This document shows positions 1 through 7,122 of a DNA stretch of 8,499 nucleotides, piece after piece. Every line of letters begins with the position of its first letter. The first letter of the stretch is position 1. A program made the translations under genes and the position numbers. The DNA is from a virus (Duplodnaviria; Heunggongvirae; Uroviricota; Caudoviricetes): IMG/VR virus record IMGVR_UViG_2579778606_000009. The stretch is one strand, 5' to 3'. Below the pieces are notes generated by a model. The model searched no databases. It worked only from the letters and a program-made list of their open reading frames with translations, and was not told the origin of the DNA.

Positions 1-192
1 ACTCCCCGCACACAGACAACGGATAACGGCAAACAGAACACCTATTTTTCTTCACTGGATAACATGGTTGCCCAGGGCAATGTTCTGCCGGTTCTGTACG
101 GTGAAATGCGCGTGGGGTCACGCGTGGTTTCTCAGGAGATCAGCACGGCAGACGAAGGGGATGGTGGTCAGGTTGTGGTGATTGGTCGCTGA
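1..192 (+). CDS. I: Tail assembly protein I, 3' fragment (5' end lies outside the window)
   Basis: Frame 1 from position 1 reads ...NGKQNTYFSSLDNMVAQGNVLPVLYGEMRVGSRVVSQEISTADEGDGGQVVVIGR* with TGA at 190-192. This matches my recollection of the C-terminus of lambda gpI, and it sits immediately upstream of J as in lambda. No start codon is in the window. Confidence 0.8.
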   Translation, partial: TPRTQTTDNGKQNTYFSSLDNMVAQGNVLPVLYGEMRVGSRVVSQEISTADEGDGGQVVVIGR

Positions 193-210
193 TGCAAAAT
201 GTTTTATGTG

Positions 211-231
211 AAACCGCCTCCGGGCGGTTTT
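211..231 (+). other. GC-rich stem-loop in the I-J intergenic spacer
   Basis: aaaccgcc (211-218) pairs with ggcggttt (223-230) around a 4-nt loop tccg, followed by T-rich sequence. It lies between the I stop (190-192) and the J RBS ggag (241-244). Function is unknown; it could be an RNA structure modulating J translation or a weak terminator. Confidence 0.3.
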
Positions 232-252
232 ATCGTTTATGGAGCATGACGA

Positions 253-3200
253 ATGGGTAAAGGCAGCAGTAAGGGGCATACCCCGCGCGAAGCGAAGGAC
301 AACCTGAAGTCCACGCAGCTGCTGAGTGTGATCGATGCCATCAGCGAAGGGCCGGTTGAAGGTCCGGTGGATGGATTAAAAAGCGTGCTGCTGAACAGTA
401 CGCCGGTGCTGGACAGTGAGGGGAATACCAATATATCCGGCGTCACGGTGGTGTTCCGGGCCGGTGAGCAGGAGCAGACACCGCCGGAGGGATTTGAATC
501 CTCCGGCTCCGAGACGGTGCTCGGTACAGAAGTGAAATATGACACGCCGATAACCCGGACCATCACGTCGGCAAACATTGACCGTCTGCGTTTTACTTTC
601 GGCGTGCAGGCACTGGTGGAAACCACCTCAAAGGGGGACAGGAATCCATCGGAAGTCCGCCTGCTGGTTCAGATACAACGTAACGGTGGCTGGGTGACGG
701 AAAAAGACATCACCATTAAGGGTAAAACCACTTCACAGTATCTGGCCTCGGTTGTGGTGGATAACCTGCCGCCGCGCCCGTTTAATATCCGGATGCGCAG
801 GATGACGCCGGACAGCACCACAGACCAGCTGCAGAACAAAACGCTCTGGTCGTCATACACTGAAATCATCGATGTGAAACAGTGCTACCCGAACACGGCA
901 CTGGTCGGCGTGCAGGTGGACTCGGAACAGTTCGGCAGCCAGCAGGTGAGCCGTAATTATCATCTTCGCGGGCGCATTCTGCAGGTGCCATCGAACTATA
1001 ACCCGCAGACTCGGCAATACAGCGGTATCTGGGACGGAACGTTTAAGCCAGCATACAGCAATAACATGGCCTGGTGTCTGTGGGATATGCTGACCCATCC
1101 ACGCTACGGCATGGGGAAACGTCTTGGTGCGGCGGATGTGGACAAATGGGCGCTGTATGTCATCGGCCAGTACTGCGACCAGTCAGTGCCGGACGGCTTT
1201 GGCGGCACGGAGCCGCGCATCACCTGTAATGCGTACCTGACCACACAGCGCAAGGCGTGGGATGTGCTCAGTGATTTCTGTTCGGCGATGCGCTGTATGC
1301 TGGTATGGAACGGGCAGACGCTGACGTTCGTGCAGGACCGACCGTCGGATAAGGTGTGGACCTATAACCACAGTAATGTGGTGATGCCGGATGATGGCGC
1401 GCCGTTCCGCTACAGCTTCAGCGCCCTGAAGGACCGCCATAATGCCGTTGAGGTGAACTGGATTGACCCGGATAACGGCTGGGAGACGGCGACAGAGCTT
1501 GTTGAAGATACGCAGGCCATTCTCCGTTACGGTCGTAACGTCACGAAGATGGATGCCTTTGGCTGTACCAGCCGGGGGCAGGCGCACCGCGCCGGGCTGT
1601 GGCTGATTAAAACGGAACTGCTGGAAACGCAGACCGTGGACTTCAGCGTGGGTGCCGAAGGGCTTCGCCATGTACCGGGCGATGTCATTGAAATCTGTGA
1701 TGATGACTATGCCGGTATCAGCACCGGTGGTCGCGTGCTGGCGGTGAACAGCCAGACCCGGACGCTGACGCTCGACCGTGAAATCACGCTGCCATCCTCC
1801 GGTACCACGCTGATAAGCCTGGTTGACGGAAGTGGTAATCCGGTCAGCGTGGAGGTTCAGTCCGTCACCGACGGACTTAAGGTGAAAGTGAACCGGGTTC
1901 CTGACGGCGTTGCAGAATACAGTGTGTGGGGGCTGAAGCTGCCGACGCTGCGCCAGCGCCTGTTCCGCTGTGTGAGTATCCGTGAGAACGATGACGGCAC
2001 GTATGCCATCACTGCCGTGCAGCATGTACCGGAAAAAGAAGCCATCGTGGATAACGGGGCGCACTTTGACGGCGACCAGAGCGGCACGGTGAATGGTGTC
2101 ACGCCGCCAGCGGTGCAGCACCTGACCGCCGAAGTCACCGCAGACAGCGGGGAATATCAGGTGCTGGCGCGCTGGGACACGCCGAAGGTGGTGAAGGGCG
2201 TGAGCTTCCTGCTTCGCCTGACCGTGGCAGCGGATGACGGCAGTGAGCGGCTGGTCAGCACGGCCCGGACGACGGAAACCACATACCGCTTCACGCAACT
2301 GGCGCTGGGGCGGTACACGCTGACAGTCCGGGCGGTAAATGCGTGGGGACAGCAGGGCGATCCGGCGTCGGTATCGTTCCGGATTGCCGCACCGGTAGCA
2401 CCGTCGCGGATTGAGCTGACGCCGGGGTATTTTCAGATAACCGCCACGCCGCATCTTGCCGTTTATGACCCGACGGTACAGTTTGAGTTCTGGTTCTCGG
2501 AAAAGCGGATTACCGATATCAGGCAGGTTGAAACCACAGCCAGCTATCTTGGCACGGGGCTGTACTGGATAGCCGCCAGTATCAATATCAAACCGGGCCA
2601 TGATTATTATTTTTACGTTCGCAGTGTGAACACCGTTGGCAAATCGGCATTCGTGGAGGCTGTTGGTCAGCCGAGTGATGATGCATCCGGCTATCTGGAT
2701 TTTTTCAAAGGCGAGATAGGGAAAACCCATCTGGCTCAGGAGCTGTGGACGCAGATTGATAACGGTCAGCTTGCGCCTGACCTGGCTGAAATCAGGACGT
2801 CCATTACGGATGTCAGCAATGAAATCACGCAGACCGTCAATAAGAAACTGGAAGACCAGAGTGCAGCGATCCAGCAGATACAGAAGGTTCAGGTTGATAC
2901 AAATAATAACCTGAACAGCATGTGGGCAGTGAAGCTGCAGCAGATGCAGGACGGACGCCTTTATATTGCGGGTATCGGTGCCGGTATTGAGAACACCCCC
3001 GACGGCATGCAGAGTCAGGTGCTGCTGGCGGCGGACAGGATTGCGATGATTAATCCTGCGAATGGCAACACAAAGCCGATGTTTGTTGGTCAGGGCGATC
3101 AGATATTCATGAATGAAGTGTTCCTGAAATATCTGACGGCTCCCACCATTACCAGCGGCGGTAATCCTCCGGCATTTTCCCTGACACCGGACGGGCGACT

Positions 3201-3327
3201 GACGGCGAAAAATGCCGATATCAGCGGTAGCGTGAATGCGAACTCTGGGACGCTCAACAACGTCACGATTAACGATAACTGTCGCCGGAAAAACTGTCCG
3301 CGAACCAGGATGAAGGGTTGTCGTTAA
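253..3327 (+). CDS. J: Host specificity protein J (central tail fibre / tail tip), 1024-aa ORF that ends prematurely relative to lambda gpJ
   Basis: ATG at 253 preceded by ggag at 241-244. The translation [34 protein letters not shown]... is near-identical, from memory, to lambda gpJ across most of its length, including the fibronectin-like central region and ...[40 protein letters not shown].... The frame ends at TAA 3325-3327 after a non-homologous tail [16 protein letters not shown]. Confidence 0.9.
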   Translation: MGKGSSKGHTPREAKDNLKSTQLLSVIDAISEGPVEGPVDGLKSVLLNSTPVLDSEGNTNISGVTVVFRAGEQEQTPPEGFESSGSETVLGTEVKYDTPITRTITSANIDRLRFTFGVQALVETTSKGDRNPSEVRLLVQIQRNGGWVTEKDITIKGKTTSQYLASVVVDNLPPRPFNIRMRRMTPDSTTDQLQNKTLWSSYTEIIDVKQCYPNTALVGVQVDSEQFGSQQVSRNYHLRGRILQVPSNYNPQTRQYSGIWDGTFKPAYSNNMAWCLWDMLTHPRYGMGKRLGAADVDKWALYVIGQYCDQSVPDGFGGTEPRITCNAYLTTQRKAWDVLSDFCSAMRCMLVWNGQTLTFVQDRPSDKVWTYNHSNVVMPDDGAPFRYSFSALKDRHNAVEVNWIDPDNGWETATELVEDTQAILRYGRNVTKMDAFGCTSRGQAHRAGLWLIKTELLETQTVDFSVGAEGLRHVPGDVIEICDDDYAGISTGGRVLAVNSQTRTLTLDREITLPSSGTTLISLVDGSGNPVSVEVQSVTDGLKVKVNRVPDGVAEYSVWGLKLPTLRQRLFRCVSIRENDDGTYAITAVQHVPEKEAIVDNGAHFDGDQSGTVNGVTPPAVQHLTAEVTADSGEYQVLARWDTPKVVKGVSFLLRLTVAADDGSERLVSTARTTETTYRFTQLALGRYTLTVRAVNAWGQQGDPASVSFRIAAPVAPSRIELTPGYFQITATPHLAVYDPTVQFEFWFSEKRITDIRQVETTASYLGTGLYWIAASINIKPGHDYYFYVRSVNTVGKSAFVEAVGQPSDDASGYLDFFKGEIGKTHLAQELWTQIDNGQLAPDLAEIRTSITDVSNEITQTVNKKLEDQSAAIQQIQKVQVDTNNNLNSMWAVKLQQMQDGRLYIAGIGAGIENTPDGMQSQVLLAADRIAMINPANGNTKPMFVGQGDQIFMNEVFLKYLTAPTITSGGNPPAFSLTPDGRLTAKNADISGSVNANSGTLNNVTINDNCRRKNCPRTRMKGCR

Positions 3328-3331
3328 AACA

Positions 3332-3727
3332 GTGGGCAAAGCTTTCCCCCGGGACTCCCGTGCACCGGAGCGGTGGCCATCAGGGACCATTACCGTCAGG
3401 GTTTATGACGATCAGCCGTTTGACCGGCAAATTGTTATTCCAGCGGTGGCTTTCAGCGGTGCCAGACATGAACGGGAGAATAGCGATACTTATTCGTCAT
3501 GCCGCCTGATAGTGAAGAAAAACGGGGCTGAAATTTATAACCGAACGGCTCTGGATAATACTCTGATTTACACGGGTGTTATTGATATGCCTGCAGGCAG
3601 TGGCGTAATGACACTGGAGTTTTCTGTATCAGCATGGTGGGTAAATGGCTGGTATCCCACAGCAAGTATCAGCGATTTGCTGGTTGTTGTGATGAAGAAA
3701 GCCACTGCAGGCATCACGATTAGCTGA
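3332..3727 (+). pseudogene. J: J C-terminal receptor-binding domain, out of frame with the main J ORF (frameshifted J 3' segment)
   Basis: Frame 2 reads (RVVV)[46 protein letters not shown]...DMPAGSGVMTLEFS...VVVMKKATAGITIS*, colinear with the lambda gpJ C-terminus (...AAFPRQRESSVDWPSGTRTVTVTDDHPFDRQIVVLP...DMPAGRGNV...VMVIKKQALGISVV). Homology in this frame begins around 3317; the ORF track assigns a GTG at 3332. A short bridging segment in frame 3 (3279-3320, ...[10 protein letters not shown]...) links the two, implying two single-base frame changes. Confidence 0.7.
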
Positions 3728-3745
3728 ATTTTATAACCCAGATAC

Positions 3746-3772
3746 GGGCGCCAGAAATGGCGCCTTTTTTAT
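3746..3772 (+). terminator. Rho-independent terminator between J and lom
   Basis: gggcgcc (3746-3752), loop agaaat, ggcgcc (3759-3764), then T6 (3765-3770). Confidence 0.6.
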
Positions 3773-3794
3773 TGCAGAAAAGCGAGAGGTAATT

Positions 3795-4394
3795 ATGCGT
3801 AAATTATGTGCTGTTATTCTGTCCACAGTAGTCTGGCTGGTCGCCGCTGGTACGCCAGCGAGCGCAGCAGAGCATCAGTCCACACTAAGCGCCGGGTATC
3901 TTCAGACCCATACTGATATGCCCGGCAACGATGACCTGAAGGGCATTAACGTGAAATACCGTTATGAATTTACGGACACGCTGGGGCTGGTGACGTCATT
4001 CAGTTATGCCATTGTAAAACATGAGCAAAAAACGCATTACAGCGATACCCGCTGGCATGAAGATTCAGTGCGTAACCGCTGGTTCAGCATGATGGCGGGG
4101 CCGTCTGTACGCGTGAATGAATGGTTCAGTGCTTATGCGATGGCAGGTGTGGCTTACAGCCGTGTTTCAACTTTTTCCGGGGATTATCTCCGCGTAACTG
4201 ACAGCAAGGGGAAAACGCACGATGTGCTGACCGGAAGTGATGACGGTCGCCACAGCAACACGTCTCTGGCGTGGGGGGCTGGCGTGCAGTTTAACCCGAC
4301 CGAATCCGTGGCCATTGATATTGCTTATGAAGGCTCCGGCAGTGGTGACTGGCGCACTGACGGTTTCATCGTGGGTGTCGGTTATAAATTCTGA
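3795..4394 (+). CDS. lom: Lom, Ail/Lom-family 8-stranded beta-barrel outer-membrane protein
   Basis: RBS gagagg (3784-3789) and ATG at 3795. N-terminal signal peptide MRKLCAVILSTVVWLVAAGTPASA|AE. The C-terminus ...VAIDIAYEGSGSGDWRTDGFIVGVGYKF* matches lambda Lom as I recall it and ends in the aromatic residue typical of OMPs. Position between J and stf is as in lambda. Confidence 0.9.
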   Translation: MRKLCAVILSTVVWLVAAGTPASAAEHQSTLSAGYLQTHTDMPGNDDLKGINVKYRYEFTDTLGLVTSFSYAIVKHEQKTHYSDTRWHEDSVRNRWFSMMAGPSVRVNEWFSAYAMAGVAYSRVSTFSGDYLRVTDSKGKTHDVLTGSDDGRHSNTSLAWGAGVQFNPTESVAIDIAYEGSGSGDWRTDGFIVGVGYKF

Positions 4395-4420
4395 TTAGCC
4401 AGGTAACACAGTGTTATGAC

Positions 4421-4447
4421 AGCCCGCCGGTTCAGGCGGGCTTTTTT
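4421..4447 (+). terminator. Rho-independent terminator downstream of lom
   Basis: agcccgcc (4421-4428), loop ggttca, ggcgggct (4435-4442), followed by a T-run to 4447. Confidence 0.65.
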
Positions 4448-4480
4448 GTGGAGTGGATATAGCAATTAAAAATCTCAGGT

Positions 4481-6832
4481 GTGCTGAAAGATTGTGCGGG
4501 AAAACCAATACAGAACTGCACTATTCAACTGAAGGCAAAGCGTAACAGCACCACGGTACTGGTGAACACGGTGGCCTCTGAAAATCCGGATGAAGCCGGG
4601 CGTTACAGCATGGATGTTGAGCATGGCCAGTACAGCGTCATCCTGCTGGTTGAAGGTTTTCCGCCTTCACATGCCGGGACCATTACCGTCTATGAAGGCT
4701 CCAGACCAGGTACGCTGAATGATTTTCTCGGTGCCATGACGGAAGAGGATGTCATGCCGGAGGCATTGCGTCGTTTTGAGGCAATGGTGGAAGAAGTGGC
4801 ACGCAACGCCGAAGCCGCCTCTCAGAGCGCAGCGGCGGCAAAGAAATCCGAAACTGCAGCGGCATCATCGAAGAACGCGGCGAAAACCTCAGAAACGAAT
4901 GCAGCTAATAGTGCACAGGCGGCAGCGACCTCAAAGACTGCATCGGCAAACTCTGCGACAGCAGCCAAAAAATCAGAAACCAACGCGAAAAACAGTGAGA
5001 CAGCCGCAAAGACGAGCGAAACCAACGCAAAGTCCAGCCAGACGGCAGCGAAAACCAGCGAAACGAATGCCAAAGCCAGTGAAACTGCGGCAAAAAACAG
5101 CCAGGCTGCAGCAGCTGAAAGCGAGAGCGCGGCAGCCGGTTCTGCGACTTCAGCAGCTGGATCAGCAACTGCTGCGGCTAACAGCCAGAAAGCTGCGAAG
5201 ACGAGTGAAACTAACGCAAAGTCCAGCCAGACGGCAGCGAAGACCAGCGAAACGAATGCCAAAGCCAGTGAAACTGCGGCGAAAAGCAGTCAGGATGCAG
5301 CGGCCCAAAGCGAGAGTGCCGCAGCCAGTTCTGCAAGCGCGGCGGCTGCTTCTGCCACTGCATCAGCTAACAGTCAAAAAGCAGCAAAAACCAGTGAAAC
5401 CAACGCAAAGGTGAGCGAAACAGCGGCTGCGAACTCAGCGAAAGCATCGGCAGCAAGCCAGACGGCAGCTAAAGCAAGCGAAGATGCAGCCAGAGAGTAC
5501 GCAAGCCAGGCTGCGGAGCCGTATAAATATGTCTTACAACCGCTACCTGATGTGTGGATACCGTTTAACGATTCGCTGGATATGATTACGGGCTTTTCGC
5601 CATCATATAAAAAGATTGTTATTGGCGACGACGAAATAACAATGCCTGGCGACAAGGTTGTTAAGTTTAAACGCGCATCGAAAGCAACCTATATTAATAA
5701 ATCTGGTGTGCTTACAGAGGCTGCCATTGACGAGCCACGATTTGAACGTGATGGCCTGCTTATTGAGGGACAACGAACAAACTACATGCTCAATTCGGAA
5801 AACCCTGCCAGTTGGGGGCGATCGTCAAATATGGATGTTCCCGAAACCGGGACTGATAGTTTTGGTTTTACCTATGGAAAGTTTGTCTGTAACGATTCTC
5901 TGATTGGGCAAACGTCAGCCATTAATATGGCATCAATTGCTGCTACAAAGTCAGTTGATGTTTCAGGCGATAACAAGTACGTGACAACCTCATGTCGTTT
6001 TAAAACAGAACGACAGGTAAGGTTGCGTATCCGCTTTGATAAATATGACGGTAGTGCAACAACTTTTCTTGGTGATGCATATATTGATACACAAACGCTT
6101 GAAATTAATATGACAGGTGGCGCGGCCTCAAGGATTACAGCGAGAGTCAGAAAGGACGAAGCTACCGGATGGATTTTTGCAGAGGCAACAATCCTGGCAA
6201 TTGATGATGAGTTAAAAATAGGATCTCAGATACAGTATTCTCCTAAGCAGGGCGGAGCAACCGTATCTGGAGACTATATTTATCTGGCCACCCCTCAGGT
6301 TGAGGATGGTTCGTGTGCATCATCTTTTATTATCTCAGGAACGACGGCGGCTACCCGCGCAAGCGATATAGTTACAGTTCCAATTAATAATAATCTTTAT
6401 AATCTTCCTTTTACGGTTCTTTGTGAGGTACATAAGAACTGGTATAAAACGCCAAATGCAGCGCCGCGTGTTTTTGATACAGGCGGTCATCAAACCGGAG
6501 CGGCTATTATTCTTGGCTTCGGTCGTTCAACAGATTACGACGGATTTCCTTATTGCGATATTGGAGGAGCTAACAGACGGGTAAACGAAAACGCATCGCT
6601 TGAAAAAATGGTTATGGGGATGCGTGTAAAATCAGATCAGTCTACGTGCTCAGTAAGTAACGGGCGCATATCCAGCGAAACAAAGACTACGTGGTCCTAT
6701 ATTCAGAACTCTGCAACCATCCGTATTGGAGGCCAGACTACAGCAGGCTTACGTCATTTATTTGGTCATATCAGGAATTTCAGAATATGGCATAAAGCAT
6801 TAACAGACCAACAAATGGCTGAGGTTATTTAA
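4481..6832 (+). CDS. stf: Side tail fibre protein: lambda Stf-like N-terminal domain, Ala/Ser/Thr-rich repeat shaft, and a non-lambda distal domain with a concanavalin/LamG-like C-terminal motif
   Basis: 783-aa ORF. Residues 1-100 (..KDCAGKPIQNCTIQLKAKRNSTTVLVNTVASENPDEAGRYSMDVEHGQYSVILLVEGFPPSHAGTITVYEGSRPGTLNDFLGAMTEED...) match the lambda Stf N-terminus from memory. The authentic start is probably GTG 4453 (VDIAIK...) in another frame, joined by a single-base frameshift at the A5 run 4468-4472. The C-terminal 430 aa are unrelated to lambda Stf and end ...GLRHLFGHIRNFRIWHKALTDQQMAEVI*. Confidence 0.85.
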   Translation: MLKDCAGKPIQNCTIQLKAKRNSTTVLVNTVASENPDEAGRYSMDVEHGQYSVILLVEGFPPSHAGTITVYEGSRPGTLNDFLGAMTEEDVMPEALRRFEAMVEEVARNAEAASQSAAAAKKSETAAASSKNAAKTSETNAANSAQAAATSKTASANSATAAKKSETNAKNSETAAKTSETNAKSSQTAAKTSETNAKASETAAKNSQAAAAESESAAAGSATSAAGSATAAANSQKAAKTSETNAKSSQTAAKTSETNAKASETAAKSSQDAAAQSESAAASSASAAAASATASANSQKAAKTSETNAKVSETAAANSAKASAASQTAAKASEDAAREYASQAAEPYKYVLQPLPDVWIPFNDSLDMITGFSPSYKKIVIGDDEITMPGDKVVKFKRASKATYINKSGVLTEAAIDEPRFERDGLLIEGQRTNYMLNSENPASWGRSSNMDVPETGTDSFGFTYGKFVCNDSLIGQTSAINMASIAATKSVDVSGDNKYVTTSCRFKTERQVRLRIRFDKYDGSATTFLGDAYIDTQTLEINMTGGAASRITARVRKDEATGWIFAEATILAIDDELKIGSQIQYSPKQGGATVSGDYIYLATPQVEDGSCASSFIISGTTAATRASDIVTVPINNNLYNLPFTVLCEVHKNWYKTPNAAPRVFDTGGHQTGAAIILGFGRSTDYDGFPYCDIGGANRRVNENASLEKMVMGMRVKSDQSTCSVSNGRISSETKTTWSYIQNSATIRIGGQTTAGLRHLFGHIRNFRIWHKALTDQQMAEVI
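5008..5385 (+). repeat. Two tandem copies of a 189-bp (63-aa) unit inside the stf shaft, within a longer degenerate Ala/Ser/Thr/Lys repeat region (about 4806-5500)
   Basis: gacgagcgaaaccaacgcaaagtccagccagacggcagcgaaaaccagcgaaacgaatgccaaagccagtgaaactgcggc... at 5011 recurs with a few substitutions at 5200 (offset 189). At protein level KTSETNAKSSQTAAKTSETNAKASETAAK(N/S)SQ(A/D)AAA(E/Q)SESAAA(G/S)S... repeats, with shorter AAKTSETNAK-type sub-repeats nested inside. Confidence 0.8.
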
Positions 6833-7113
6833 TGAAAGATATTACGTTGAAATTTGCCGACAGGGCCGACTTTTCGGCCTTTATGGAGAGTATTGGCTAT
6901 TATGATGACGAGTCGATGCAGGATGATATTCTTATTGACGTGATAGGTAACGTGTACAAAGAAACCGGAGAACTGACTGAAGATGGCGAACCGGTATGTG
7001 TTAAGGAAGACGGATATTTTGTAAACGTGCGCATCATTAATGATTCGCAAATATCGTCATTATTCGATGAATACGTGGTTGCTGTTGAGCATCAACTTCG
7101 TGGCTGGATGTGA
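6832..7113 (+). CDS. Hypothetical small acidic protein (93 aa), translationally coupled to stf; possible fibre chaperone or adaptor
   Basis: ATG at 6832 overlaps the stf stop (TAATG) with gaggt at 6821-6825 upstream. It ends at TGA 7111-7113, 9 nt before the next gene. D/E-rich, no TM or signal sequence; I do not recognise a family. It occupies the position where lambda has tfa but does not resemble Tfa. Confidence 0.55.
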   Translation: MKDITLKFADRADFSAFMESIGYYDDESMQDDILIDVIGNVYKETGELTEDGEPVCVKEDGYFVNVRIINDSQISSLFDEYVVAVEHQLRGWM

Positions 7114-7122
7114 GGAAGAAAA

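Noticed and set aside
237-1098. Minus-strand ORFs 237-626, 669-869 and 853-1098, and + strand ORF 1857-2138 on the minus strand
   Set aside because: All are embedded antisense within J and have no supporting homology or translation signals.
1183-3390. 735-aa ORF on the minus strand, antisense to J
   Set aside because: It lies entirely within the strongly supported J coding region. Its translation is Arg/Pro/Gly-rich low-complexity sequence typical of antisense frames of GC-rich genes, and it has no RBS context.
3318-3509. 63-aa frame-3 ORF starting at TTG 3318
   Set aside because: It is not an independent gene. Its upstream extension carries the short bridging J segment ([10 protein letters not shown]) and the remainder is an out-of-frame read of the J C-terminal domain.
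4749-5414. 221-aa + strand ORF (Arg/Gln/Lys-rich) and minus-strand ORFs 4822-5262, 4905-5168 and 5374-5655 inside the stf repeat region
   Set aside because: These are shadow ORFs created by the low-complexity, repetitive stf shaft. The stf frame carries the lambda Stf homology; the others have polyA/polyR-like composition and no independent signals.
5658-5903. 81-aa + strand ORF inside stf
   Set aside because: Alternative-frame ORF within the stf distal domain; no RBS and no recognisable features.
6829-7050. 73-aa minus-strand ORF overlapping the 93-aa gene
   Set aside because: Antisense to a + strand ORF that has a good RBS and translational coupling. It is an AT-rich region where spurious ORFs are common.
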